Source: Yuukianura sp. NJ FZ-2021
Lineage: Eukaryota
DNA length: 64,000 bases
Assembly (NCBI GenBank): GCA_046563655.1
Contig: CM102284.1
Coordinates: forward strand, 7,378,001-7,442,000
Reading direction: 5' to 3'
Shown here: positions 38,757 through 51,076 of the stretch, piece after piece
Layout: the number at the start of each line of letters is the position of its first letter
Numbering within the stretch: the stretch's first letter is position 1
Translations under genes and position numbers: made by a program
The notes under the pieces: generated by a model
The model's database searches: none
The model's input: the letters and a program-made list of their open reading frames with translations, nothing else
Told to the model about the DNA's origin: nothing

Positions 38757-39164
38757 TTAGATGACGCTGCAACTGCTCTTCTCCCTGAACGGATTTGCTT
38801 TTTGTGAACTGAAGCCGACGTACAAGTAGTCTTCGGCTTCATGGTCTGCAATGTACTTCTAAAATAACAACAAATTAACCCACAACCGTGTTAAAGCCCC
38901 ACACATTCATCCGAAACAAAAGCAGAGGATTGTGACAAGTCTTTTCTGGAGGTTATTCAGCAGTTATCCCCAGCAATCTAAGCACTAATTAGCTAAAAAA
39001 CGATTAAAAGCAGTTTAGTACAATATTTGGCGAATCCTACAAAGCTAAGCCTGATTTTCACTGACCTTGATTTCTTCAACGGCTTGAGAAACGTTGATGC
39101 GTCTGATCGCTGCTTCACGTCGAAGTTGCTCAACGATGAGCCGCTGTTGCTGGAGACTGGACAT
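38757..39164 (-). CDS. Ggamma1: Heterotrimeric G-protein gamma subunit (Ggamma1-type), 66 aa, CaaX CSVI
   Basis: Exon 39164-39066 gives MSSLQQQRLIVEQLRREAAIRRINVSQAVEEIK and exon 38858-38757 gives KYIADHEAEDYLYVGFSSQKANPFREKSSCSVI*. The NPF motif and CaaX are present. The ATG directly follows a splice acceptor, so 5' UTR exon(s) lie upstream. Not in the ORF track. Confidence 0.93.
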
Positions 39165-41160
39165 CTGAAACACAAGAAAAAAGCAATATAAATCCTCAGT
39201 TATTAACACAATGATCAGTAATTTACCTTGTCAGTACAATTTACACTAATCGTTATCCTAAATTAACGTAAAACTTAGCTCGATTACTTACAAGACCTGC
39301 GAATTCAGGCATACTTAAAGCGGTATTGAAAAAGAGTTCACGTAGACTTGGAAGTGACTGGGGCTGAGGCTGTTGTTGGTAGGGAACTCTTTCGTAGAAA
39401 TGAAATGGTTCTAAACTCATTATGGCCGTGAGTGGTGTATGTAATTACACAGGTAAGTGCTGATTAACGATATCACAATGGAATTGATATGCTAGCTCCT
39501 CAAAAGCGATAAAATTGAAATTGTTTAAACCATAAACTCAAAATTTAGGTCGTGTCGGTATTCAGAGTCACAGTCAGAACAAGACTGTCAGTCAGCACAG
39601 TTCCTGGAACAAATTCTCCTTTTGTTTAAGCGATTAATGCACACGCGTTAAACTATGGATATTTAAAGAACGCTTAAACAAGTGAGGATATGAAAAGGGG
39701 GTAGAAGATGAACAAATTGAACTGAGGACCAACTTAAATTGCTGAATCCTGTTTAAAGTTTAACTTCCGAATTTGATCTCCCTGTTTCCAGCAAAGTCAC
39801 ATGAATTATTGCTGAACTGACAAACGCGAATGAGCGATTCGTCACAACAAACTCAAAACATGCGAGGCTGATTCATTGTCACATACTGAAACTGATCTCG
39901 TTGTTTAGGGTGGCAACGTTATATCAATGCGGGCATTATTTAGGTTTCGTATATGCTACGTGAACATCATTCTTCAAAAGATCAGCATAACAAAAGCTTT
40001 AATACTTGGACCTGGACGAAGATGAAACCTCTATGTACAGCTAAAGCGTTAAAAAGGACGTGTCTATCATCAACTTCGTGTTCAACGCTGTTTACTTAAC
40101 TCTAAACTGAGGAAATTGATACAGCGCTAGAATTAGGAAATTACTAATTATGCGGTTGCTCCCTTTCTGTTAAGTGACCTCAAAAATTTAGCAGAATAAG
40201 GCTGGCTTTGCATGGTTTTTAGTCGACTAGCAGCTACCATCTAGACATAAACAATCAATCGACATAGCTCTTGATTCGTGTTGACGATAATGGTAAGCTA
40301 AGGGTAAATCCACCAACCCATAACTGAAAACAAAAACCGCAACTAGAATTAGTGGACGAAACAAAATGTAATTTGGACTCATCAAATCGACGATATCATA
40401 ATCATAAAACAGATGAAGTGGTTGTTGTTTAGCTTACAACGGTACTGGACCTGCAGATTACACTAAAAGCTTATCTAGAAATCTACTAGTAGTTACTAAA
40501 GTAGTTATGTAATTTGTTTTGTTTACGTTTTATCGTACCGTCAACCGTTGGCCCTCAGCTGACTAGTGATGAATGAAGTCTTGAAGTGGGTTATGCGAGG
40601 TCACCTGAACGATTGCTTTTCCTGTCTTCAGAAGATCCTGAGTTGATTACTCGTCACCTCCAACGACGTGTTAATTGATTCAGTTGTAATTAATTCAGCA
40701 ATCAACGATGTAAAAAGATAGACAAACGAATGATAACGAAATGGTGGGTTACTTTCACTTTCCTCCTTTCACTTCCTTTTCTTTTGGGCGTGGTGAAAAA
40801 CCTCCTATTTTTGTGAAGCGGCAAATTCAAATTTATGTTCCGCATGCTTCGCAAGTGTTTTAAAAAGTTTTAGCGTCTTTTTTGCAAAATTGCATTGCGA
40901 TATTTTGCAATGTTATTTATAGTTTTAAAGCTAGCTGTATTCAATTTAGCATTGGAATGCAACTTTTTTTCTGAAAAATGAATTCTCGAAGATGTTTTTG
41001 TTTAATTTTGAAAAATGAACAATTTCAGTGCTTCAATTTTCACGTCGTCTAAATAAATCCTGCTCGTTGACATAAACTTTTAGATTTAAGGTAGAGAAGA
41101 AAAAGTTTAATTTTTAGCTGGCGTCTAAGCTGCAATAAAAAAAATTCAATTTTCATTGTT

Positions 41161-41188
41161 CTTTTCTCAACCTGCCTTTGGCAGGTGA
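41161..41188. repeat. Short hairpin-containing dispersed repeat; second copy at 50477-50504
   Basis: CTTTTCTCAACCTGCCTTTGGCAGGTGA versus CTTTTCTCAACCTGCCTAGGGCAGGTGA. The ACCTGCC/GGCAGGT stem is conserved and the loop differs. Both copies are followed by A-tracts. Confidence 0.6.
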
Positions 41189-41482
41189 CTGTGACCTCAA
41201 ATTTTATTGTTCAGCAATAAAGAAGTTCTACTAACTTAAAAAAAAAAAAAAAAAAAAAAATTTCATTGTCATTTTTAAAAATTCCAACTTTATAACAATT
41301 TTCGAAATTCTTAAAATTTTGTAACTTACTTTCTTTAAATGTGAATATTTGTTCTACGACAACGTTTCAGAAGTTTGTGCTTCGTTGCTGCAATAACACA
41401 CCCAAAACAATCATTGCAGTGGGTACGAATCCTTCTGTTCTCTGTTCAGAAACACAAAGAATATCAAAAATAAATTTTGAAA

Positions 41483-42337
41483 ATGAAATCTTTACGCACG
41501 CCTTGCTTCTTTTTACTGCTCGTGACCTTTGACAGGGTGGAGTTGTTTTCAGAAGACCGAAGTGGAGTTTTTGTGGACTCACTTTTTGATGAACTACGAT
41601 TTGAAGCACGCCAGAGGGAATCGGTTCAGAATCACTCCGACATTGTCGTAGGATTTGGTCATGTGGATGACATGGCAGAGGCCATGACAAAGAGCCCCAA
41701 CTTGTCACCACTCCTGGAACCCTCTGATGTCAAAGTTCATCATAAAAAGAAACCTCCAGTGCTCGGGAGTCTGTGTGACCATGAAGAGTACAACAAAATA
41801 TTCATCCCCTACTACCGAGTTCCTTACCTCAACTACGAAGAACGACTCTACAAACACAAAAGCATCGAAACTGAACTTGGCCAAGGAGTGGATACTGCGT
41901 CCAACGAATTAGCTTGGAGTCTGTGCCAATTCGGGGGAATCATGATGGAATGCGGGGAGAACCGGAAGTGCCGATGTTTGTTTCAGAACCCGCCATATCG
42001 GTTAGGTCAAACTTTTAACACAAAGTCTTCTAAAACAGCATGACCTTAGTTCTTATTTTCAAGGTATGTCAAAGGTCACTTGAAAGGATCCAAGGAATGG
42101 ACATGTCTGGGCACTTCGGGGTCAATGTGCTCAAATGACCCCAGAACACGGCTGGATTGCCAAAAGAAATTTAATTGTACGCAGGGCTACTGCGGCGGAC
42201 CACGATTGGCGGCACAGGAAATGGCAAGAGCAATGAACCGAGCTGACTCAATTCAGGATCCGCTTTTCTCAAATTTTCTTAATTTCTGCTCCATGGTTAA
42301 AATTTTGTTCAATTTGATTCAATTGTTCAAATTTTGA
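41483..42337 (+). CDS. Uncharacterised Cys-rich secreted or surface protein, possibly GPI-anchored
   Basis: Exons 41483-42000 and 42064-42337 are joined by a phase-2 intron. It has a hydrophobic N-terminus, Cys clusters (CQFGGIMMECGENRKCRC; CLGTSGSMC...DCQKKFNCTQGYCG) and a hydrophobic C-terminus. Confidence 0.7.
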
Positions 42338-42661
42338 AGTTCAAAATTTGAACAGCCCGAAACTAAAAACTGTTCTTTTGCTTCCTGTTTTTAGTGTTTC
42401 TGAATAAGCCTAATTTTAGGAAGTGACTAAAATTGAGCCTTTGTTGACTAATTGTACAATTTACTATGCAAAAACCCGAAAAACGGTGTACTTATGTATT
42501 TAGTCACGGTGACTTAACATAAATCATCTTAGGTTTACATAAAACATAATCTTACATAATGTTAATGCTAATTGTGCTTATACTGCTCGAAGTTTAGCTT
42601 ACTTTAAAAATTGAATCAATGTTTCAGTTTGGATTTGAAAGTCAAATTAGACAGAACTACA

Positions 42662-43377
42662 ATGTTGAGCAGGATATTTTCAGTTACAGTTATACTTACT
42701 TTGGCGCTTCAAGGTCAAAGGTCAAATGGTAGCAAAGTACTAGATGGCAGTAGTTCAATAGATGCCATGCGCAGTATAATCCAAAGAAGTGTAAATTCTA
42801 CTGCGTCAAACCATTTAGCTGTCGTGGATCGTCAAGGGAGCGGTGGAGGTACTGGAACTGGTGGGACCCTTGGACCATTTAGACCTGCTGCAACTGTCGG
42901 AATCATTTTAATTCTGGTAACATTTTTAGAAAATGTGAAATTGAAAATGTTTCAAATTTGGAAATTGAAAATTGAACGTTTTAGATCAAAGGAGCTGTGA
43001 TAACGCTTCTAAGTTCGCTGAACATGGTGGCCATTCCAGCGCTAATAACGACGTTGTTTTTCATGGGTGTGGCTGGTTTGGCAGCCTTTGTCTTTTGTCT
43101 TGCGGCTGACTGCCAAGGGAATTTAGGCGAACTTTTTGGTGGGACAAGGCGTCCTGGAGGAAGCCAAGGTTATGGAATTGACAACAGGTACGAAACCAGA
43201 ATTTTCAAAATTTTGAAAAAAAGATTTCACTAACTAAGAAGAATTTTTAAAATTAGAGACACAATCAGCGTTCTTAACCATGTTCGTCCAATTGAAAGCG
43301 TTCACGAAGGATATCAAGTATACGGAGTACCATATCATGCCAGGTTCAGAAAACTTTCGAAATCCACGCAAAGCTGA
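42662..43377 (+). CDS. Family A member A1: signal peptide, long hydrophobic segment, C-x3-DC motif
   Basis: Exons 42662-42916, 42985-43187, 43257-43377. It shares the RQG linker, the IKG exon-2 start, FCLAADCQG and intron phases 0 and 2 with its paralogues. Confidence 0.8.
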
Positions 43378-43466
43378 ATCTTTCCAAATTTTTTTATTTT
43401 TAAAAAGATTTTAGAATAAAAAATAAATGAAAATGCTAAATGAAATATAAAAATACATGTTCTTGA

Positions 43467-44199
43467 TTATGAAAACATTTTCGTTTCTGTTCTTCGTCGA
43501 GCTCTGGCTGGAAGTAGTTCTATAATCGTGTTAACTAGAATTGCAAAAACCGATTTGTCGCAGGTAGAATACCGGGTAGCACATTGTCCATTGTCTTCAA
43601 GTCCAACGACAATTGCTTCTTCAAAGTCCGGCTCCACGTTTACAAAGTTTTTACTAAAGGAAAAAAAATTCAAATTTCGATATTTCAATTTTTGAACGCA
43701 ATAATTCACGCAATTGAACTTGATTTAATCACAAATTAACACTCTACAAATCTTACCTAAAGAAATTGTAGGCTTTGGTAACTTTTGGACCGAGATGACC
43801 AAGGGCTCCATGTGCATAGCATGAAATGAAAAGTTGACAAGATCGGTCACTGACCTCGCGTGGGAGGAGCCAGAAGGGGTCACGTCCAAAGTCAGCAATT
43901 TGACCTATTGACCTGGACAGAGTCGGTTCAGTGGCAGGTTGACCCCCCATGACATACTGTCGAGATGGAACGCCAAAGAAGTAGCCAAACGGAGAAGTGA
44001 TGACGCTGAAAAACAGAATCAGCGCTAAACCAATACTGAGAGACACTGAAGTGACGCCAGCGATGGGTCGGATGAAGATATTGGCAATGTCGTAGGGAAC
44101 TGCCATTTGCATGCCCATGTTCAGCGGTTGAACGTACTGGGATTTGGAGGTCACTGAGGTCACCAAAGCCAGAAACAAGAAACATCGCAAGGCTGACAT
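43467..44199 (-). CDS. Family B member B1: signal peptide, TM segment, Cys-containing C-terminal domain
   Basis: Exons 44199-43757 and 43653-43467; motifs SCQLFISCYAHG and GLEDNGQCATRYSTC. Confidence 0.82.
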
Positions 44200-44514
44200 T
44201 TTTTGAAACTTTTTCGAAAATTTCAAAAATTTGAGATGTAAGGTCACGCGCCCCGTTTTACTGACTGAACTAAAGTTAGGTTTTGACTTTTGGCTAAACG
44301 CGAAAACACGGAACATTTTCTTAATTGAAGGTCATTGTTCTCTCGTATTTTTAGAAAATTAATTTCAAATTAACGACTTTTCATAAATTGAAAACTTGAA
44401 AAACTTGAACCTGTACCTTCAAACACCAAAGCTTTCAATTGGTTTTCAACTCAATTAACCCTCATGCTCGTCCGAACTTTTTCCAAATTTCAAAAAATTC
44501 CAAAATCGGCAAAT

Positions 44515-44690
44515 CTGAAACCCTGTTTCGGTGTATCACAGCCGTTCTGATTATATTGACCTTGGTAGAGGTCAACTGCCAAGTTCGTAGGTTGGTTAGA
44601 AACACTGAAGCCCAGAACATCTATTTTATTTTGTTCCATCCCTTATGATAATTTCCAAAACTCTAAGGGCTTCTCTAGAGCTTACAACCC
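44515..44690 (+). pseudogene. Truncated, frameshifted 5' fragment of a family B3-like gene
   Basis: LFRCITAVLIILTLVEVNCQVRR aligns with the B3 N-terminus (46263). The ATG is lost, the frame breaks near 44625, and homology ends just before the MITE. Confidence 0.8.
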
Positions 44691-44704
44691 AGAACACTCA
44701 AGAC

Positions 44705-45095
44705 TAGTGCTTCATGTTCGAACTTTAGAGTTCGAACCTTCGAACTCGAACCTGGCTGTTTTCCTAGGTTCGAAGTTCGAACCTCAGGTAAAAGAGTTCG
44801 AACTTACACGTCAATATTGGCAAATATTCAACGATGCATGGATTTCAACAAAAACCGAGACATATTGCCACAGAAAGTAGTTTTTGTTCACTTTAAACCT
44901 ATTGTTTTAAGTTAGTTTTTGAAAAAGAATTCAATTAAAGGGGGAAATGCACTTCGGATGTGAATTTCGGAATTTATCACCCTCGCCATTTTTTCACCGC
45001 TCCTTGCTTTTCGCATGTAAAAAAAGGTTCGAAAGTTCGAACTTCCTATGCGGAAAGTTCGAACTCTTCATTTCGGGCCCGAACTTGAAGCACTA
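44705..45095. mobile_element. hAT-type MITE, 391 bp
   Basis: TIRs TAGTGCTTCATGTTCG / CGAACTTGAAGCACTA; perfect 8-bp TSD CTCAAGAC (44697-44704 and 45096-45103); clustered subterminal TTCGAA(C) repeats at both ends; no transposase ORF. Confidence 0.9.
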
Positions 45096-45228
45096 CTCAA
45101 GACTCATGTTAATTTCTTCGGCGTTTCTGTGTTAAACAATAAAACAAAACAAAAAACGAGACAATTCGTTTAATTTTCTTCAAAACATTAAAACAGCAAA
45201 GTAAATTGAAATAATTATTGCTGATTGG

Positions 45229-45947
45229 TTATGTAAACATCGTCGTTTCTGTTCTTCGTCGAGCTCTGGCGGGAAGTAATTGGATAATCGTGTTAACTAA
45301 GATTGAAAAAACCGATTTGTCGCAGCTGGAATACCGGGTAGCACATTGCCCATTGTCTTCAAATCCAACTACAATTGCTTCTGCAAAGTCCGGTTCCACG
45401 TTTACAAAATTTTTACTAAAAAACAGAAAACAGGGATTTAATTTAGAAATATGAGATTTTTAGCATAAGTTGAATACTTTATTCTGACAAGATTTTGATT
45501 TTACCTAAAGAAATTGTAGACTTTTGTAGCTTTTGGGTCAAGATGACCAAGGGCTCCATGTGCATAGCATAAAATGAAAAGTTGACAAGATCTGTCACTG
45601 ACCTCGCGTGGGAGGAGCCAGAAGGGGTCACGTTCAAAGTCTGGAATTTGACCTATTGACCTGGACAGGGTCGGTTCAGTGGCTGGTTGACCCCCCATGA
45701 CATACTGTCGAGATGGAACGCCAAAGAAGTAGCCAAACGGAGAAGTGATGACGCTGAAAAACAGGATCAGCGCTAAACCAATACTGAGAGACACTGAAAT
45801 GACGCCAGCGATTGGTCGCTTGAAGATGTTGGCAATGTTGGCCGGAACTCCCATTGTCATGCCCGTGTTCACTGGTTGAATGTACCGGGATTTGCAGGTT
45901 ACTGAGGTCGCCAAAGCCAAAAACCAAAAACATCGTAATACCAACAT
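45229..45947 (-). CDS. Family B member B2, a recent duplicate of B1
   Basis: Exons 45947-45505 and 45415-45229 have the same lengths as in B1, with long identical peptide blocks. Confidence 0.82.
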
Positions 45948-46262
45948 TTTTCGAAAAATTTTTGAAACTTTTTTGGAAATGTGAAAAAATTGAAATGTAA
46001 AGTCACTCCCCGTTTTACTGACTGATCCAAGGTAGGGGTGTGTGACTTTTGGCTAAACTCGAAAAAAAACGGAACTTTCATTGTTCTGTCGTATTTTTAG
46101 AAAATTAATTTCAAATTAACGACTTTTCAAAAATTCAAAAGTTCAAAAACTGAAAACTGCAACTTCAAACAGAACTTTCCATTTTCTCTCACTCATTTGA
46201 CCATCGTGCTATCAACTTTTCCAAAATTTCAAAAAAAAAATTCAAAATTGGTGAACTTAAAA

Positions 46263-47021
46263 ATGTTGTTTCGTTGTATCACAGCAGTTTTGATTGCATT
46301 GACCTTCACCGAGGTCAACTGCCAAGTTCGTCGAAACACTGAGCCCCTTAACATCGGTTTTGTTTTTTCCCTGCCCTATGACATTTCCAACACTTTAAGG
46401 GCCCCCCTAGGGGGTCCCTTGTCCTTGATCCTCGGAGCTGGACTAGCCTTGATCATGTTCTTTGGCATGCTGGCTACTCCCCTACACTACATTTTTGGAA
46501 TCCTGCCAAGACGTTATCATATCCACGACGCTACTAAAAATTTTACACTCGATTCGGACTTTTTCAGCCGCAGGTCATTTGATTCCCCACAAACTTGGAT
46601 TGACCCGGACCAGGTCAAAGGTCAAAATTTCAGTAAAAATGTACAAGCCGATTACCCCAACTTTGTTGAAAGTGCTTTCATGATGATTCCGGTTGAACAA
46701 AGACAGTGTCGACTACTCATGATTTGTCATGCGCATGGATTCTTGCCTTGGCTTCCATCAGAGCTGCTCCAACTCTACAAATACTTTGGGTAAATTATTT
46801 TAAAAAAAAAATCAAAACTTTGAAAAAATGTGTAAAATTTGTCATTTTTTGTTCCATATAGGAGCAAAGTTGGCAAAATTGACGCATTGGAGAAAGAAGC
46901 AGCAATAATTGGACTAGAAGATCAAGGTCAATGTTCCAAAGTCTTTTCCCAATGTCCGCTTGACATCACGACAATAGGAAAACTTACTTTTAATTACATT
47001 GTTAAACAACTGATTAATTAA
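46263..47021 (+). CDS. Family B member B3, diverged and head-to-head with B2
   Basis: Exons 46263-46789 and 46862-47021; motifs QCRLLMICHAHG and GLEDQGQCSKVFSQC; same phase-2 intron position as B1 and B2. Confidence 0.82.
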
Positions 47022-48017
47022 TTTTTCCAAAACTAATTAACAAACAAAAGAAAGTTTTTAGAACAAAGGAAGTGTGGATAACCCAGCTTGAAACAAATGT
47101 AGAACGGAACTAAAAATTGCCGATTGTTTTGAAAACAAAGAAATAAAATCAGAGTCAAAATAATCCTGATTGGTTGAGTTCCTAATTCTGAAGGTGTGAA
47201 TGTATGAAGTGCATGCTTTGGCCATCAAGTGGCTAATTAACTATGGAGATTTGTTCCTGTTTTGGGTTAGGGTGCGGCGGTAACGTTCAGTGAAAACTAA
47301 TTTCAAAAAAGCGGAACTAAAAAAATCGAAACTCAAAACACCTCAAAGAATAAAAGAAATAAGAAACTTTTTCCTAATTTCTTCATTTTCAGGCAAAGAT
47401 TAAAGAAGGCGCGATTTCTCTTCTTTGACTTCTGCTTTCAACTTTTCAATAGTGAAAGCACGGCGGGTCAAAAAGTGAAAATTTTTACAACGGCAAAAAT
47501 TACTACAGCAGATTTTCTCCGAAGTACAAAAACGACTACTTTATTCTGAAAAGACTAAAAAATTCAACTCAACAAGAAGTCTTTCTATTGTTAGTCTTTG
47601 ATTGATGACACTGACACTTGAGTGGGTCAAATTCTTCACAGTAGTTGGTAGTCCTACTGCCCAAGTTGATTGACCTTTGGTCACATTTCGGGCTCTCCCA
47701 GTATGACTCAAAAATGTATTTGAAGTTAACATGACAAAGGAATTAGTAATTCAAGGAGTGTGTAAGCATTAATAAGGTCAAAGGGATGTTGTTACTATTT
47801 TTGGTACTCAGAGGAGTAAGAATATTTGTTACGATGACTCGTGTGCTTTCAGGACATGAAAGTGCCCTAGCCTTAACATGCACCTAAATCAACACTTGAG
47901 AGATTTATAAATAGCCCTTGTCCCTCCAGACCGATCTCTCACAAGATCAGAAATCGTCAAACGATTTGCGATTTTTACGACTCGTGTCATCTTCGCCTGT
48001 CTTAAGTCCCTCAAATC

Positions 48018-49091
48018 ATGATTTTTCCAAGAGTGCTTCTGATTGGTTGTCCCCTGGTTGTTTTGATTGGACTGTCAGTTGGGGGGAAAGTTGAAAGTGA
48101 AAGTGTTAAGAATGAAACTGACTTGAGCAGTGCCAGTGTCAAGAGGAAAGTTACCTCTGACCTCACTCGTCCCAAGACTATAGCAGAGTGGGTCAATGGA
48201 CTAGACGCGAGCACACTTAACTTTTTACCAAATGTGAATCCAGGCGGGGGAAACACTCCACCAAATCCAAACAATCCTGGAATAAATTCCGGGATTTTTC
48301 AAAATTTGTTTGGAAATAGTAATATTGGACTTCCTGGAACAGTCGGAACTGTGGCCGGCTCAGCAGTTTTGGTGAGTAAGGGAGCTCTCTTGGTCAAGTC
48401 ATTGTTGAAGGATGTGAAAAGAGGGATTGTTGTGGTAAGTGTGAGGTTAGGCTGCCAGTAAGTTTTCAAAAGGTCAAAGGTCAAGGTCACATCCAAAAAT
48501 CATAAAATTTCTTCCCTGTTTACTCTTCTAAGTCTTTTGGGCAGCTCGATTTCCTCACACTTACTTCGGCTATGTCTTTTATTGAAAGCATATAATTGCA
48601 AAAATTTTAGAAAATCACGAAAATTTCAAAAATATTTAATGTAAAATTGGAGCTAAAAATTTCCGAAATTTTGCAATTTTTTTTCAGATCAAGGGTGGTT
48701 TCCTGACGTTTTTGACAGCACTTAAGTCAATCGTGGTTCCAGCGGTGCTCACAATATTGTTAATCGTTTTTCTGGTGGCTGGAGCAGCATTTTTCACTTG
48801 CAGCGTTGTCGATTGCCAATCGACGCTTGGAGTTCTGTCCAGAGAAAGCGATTCCGGTTCAGCGATTGGTCGTCCTGGAACTTCTTTACTACTTGATGAC
48901 AGGTACATTTAATACGTATTTACATATTCTGAAGTAATACATAAGCATATTATCTTACAAGAACAAAATTTAGCATCAATTTTTCCAATTCCAGAACTTC
49001 TGTTGACTACTACGACCGGTTTCGTCCAGTATTCCAAGCAGTAGATGAAGGCCACCAGAAATATGGGTCAAAAGGGCAGGGTCAAAGTTAA
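48018..49091 (+). CDS. Family A member A2
   Basis: Exons 48018-48371, 48688-48902, 48995-49091; IKGG...FFTCSVVDCQS; TATAAATA 47906-47913. Confidence 0.8.
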
Positions 49092-49598
49092 GGTCAAAAG
49101 GTTAAAACCAAAACACAGTTTTTGTTAGGCTTTGTTGGTCACTGCAAACCTCTTGTTACATTGTATCACAAAAGAAGTACTATTTTGTATTTAACTCCAC
49201 TAATAAAAGTTTTGTAAACAAAATAAAGTTAAACGCCAGTCAAAATTAAAAACTTTCCATGCCTGGTTTTCAAGGTTTTAAATTAGTTCTGGAAAGTTGG
49301 TTTGCGCAGTTTTATTGTTTTATTTTAAAGTTTTTAATCCTTTTTAGGCAGGATTTCAATTCTCTCGCATCCGGAAATGAATGTTTCAAAAAAATTCAAT
49401 TTTTTGAAAGTTGACATAGTCGAGTAGTAAAAAATGCTGTTTCAGAGTCTATTCAACTCTTTAGTCACGGTGATTTTACTTCAGCACCAAACCCACAAAA
49501 TCCGTTGATTAATAATTGGACACTTATGTAATTAGATTGTTTATAAAGGAATCAGCATCTTATTCAACCCTGCGCAGTTTCATTTTAAAGCTTAAAAG

Positions 49599-50402
49599 AT
49601 GCTGTCATGGCTGTTCTTTGTATCACTTTTGTCTCTTGTTGTTGCTAGCTCACTCAAAGGTCAAAGGTCAAGTCGTGAAGAAGTTTCTGGTACCTTGACG
49701 TCTGAATTGACCAATTGGATTTCAGATGCTGTTCAGAATGCTGCTCAGCAGGAAGTCAGCATCGCTGGGTCAAAGGTCACTGCGCTTGCGGAAGTTGAAA
49801 CAAGACAAACAGGAACCGGCGGTGGTGCTGGAAATAACGTTTTCAGTTGGCAAGGATTTGTATCCACTATTGGAATTACGTACACTGCAATAGCAACTGT
49901 AAGTAAAAAAAATTTAGAATTTGATTTTGAAATTTTGAAAAATAAATTTTGAATTTGTTGAATTTTTGAAGATCAAAGCTGGATTCTTGAAGCTGCTTAC
50001 ACTTTCCAAAGCTGTTGTGATTCCGACGATGCTGTTTATGTTCCTGCTTGCGGCTCTTGCTGGTGGAGCAGCATTTTTCATTTGTGCAGCCACGGATTGT
50101 TATGCTCTGCTGAATAGCGTTGGTGGGGCACGTCCAACTGGAAAAATTGGATCTGAAGGTGGGACTTCGGTGGGATCCTACAACAGTGGAGGGTACTTAT
50201 AAAATATTTGGGAAAACCAGGAGCAAAATAGTTCATTAACCAAAATTTTACAATTTTGAAACTCAATTTTAGGAACATTTTCCAAGACTTTCTCTCCGTT
50301 TTCCAAGGAATTGAAGATGGACGTCAAAAATATGAAACATTCTTGGGTCAAAGGTCACACGCCCGTGCACACGTCCGCACAACAATCAAGCCTCAAATTT
50401 AG
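49599..50402 (+). CDS. Family A member A3
   Basis: Exons 49599-49898, 49972-50192, 50273-50402; TRQTG, IKAG...FFICAATDCYA, FQGIEDGRQKY. Confidence 0.8.
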
Positions 50403-50699
50403 CCTCCAATATTTTAAAATTATGAATTAATTAACAAATGAATTATTCATTCTATAATCTAGCATAACTCCAATTCCTTTTCTCAACCTGCCTAGGGCAG
50501 GTGATTGTTACAAAAAAAAAGTTAAATAAAAATAATATGATATAAACAAATTCACCAAATAAATTGACAACTGAGATGGAACTAGAAGCTGTAAAAAGTG
50601 CATGAATAAATCTCATTTATATTCACAGTTTTAGGCATGGTCGAAATTCCGTATTTTTTCAAAATGTTTGAGCTCTTTGACCTTTTGAAAATCGACCAA

Positions 50700-50712
50700 A
50701 GGTCATTGACCT
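50700..50712. promoter_or_regulatory. Perfect IR1 palindrome AGGTCA-T-TGACCT (EcR/USP-type element); also at 52908-52920 and 56053-56065
   Basis: Exact match to the idealised PAL1 ecdysone response element. The first two copies lie about 290-300 bp upstream of the TATA boxes of A4 (50993) and A5 (53213). Confidence 0.55.
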
Positions 50713-51076
50713 TAAACTTTTAGCGAATAGGTTGGGGTATGTATGGTACGATAAAAGAAAAAGACATCACTAGCCGGAAAATGTGTTGATTGTTACCGTT
50801 TTAATTCTTTTTAGCAAAGAAAAAATGAAATTACATCTCCATTGACTCAAAATTAGCTTTTTCATTTGTTTAATTTATCAGGAAGTGACAATGATTTTAG
50901 GCTGCTATGAATAGTGCCATTTATGGCTTTCGTCACGCCGTCTTACGCTAACTAAATCATGGACCAATTATGCAACAGTTAGGTCTAATCCCTATAAATA
51001 CACCGACGAACGACGATCAACCAAGTTCCGATTTTCAGTTGAATTTTTGCACAAGCTTGAAACATAAAACTGAAAA

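Noticed and set aside
38585-38851. 88-aa minus-strand ORF MQTMKPKTT...
   Set aside because: It is the wrong frame of G-gamma exon 2 plus UTR.
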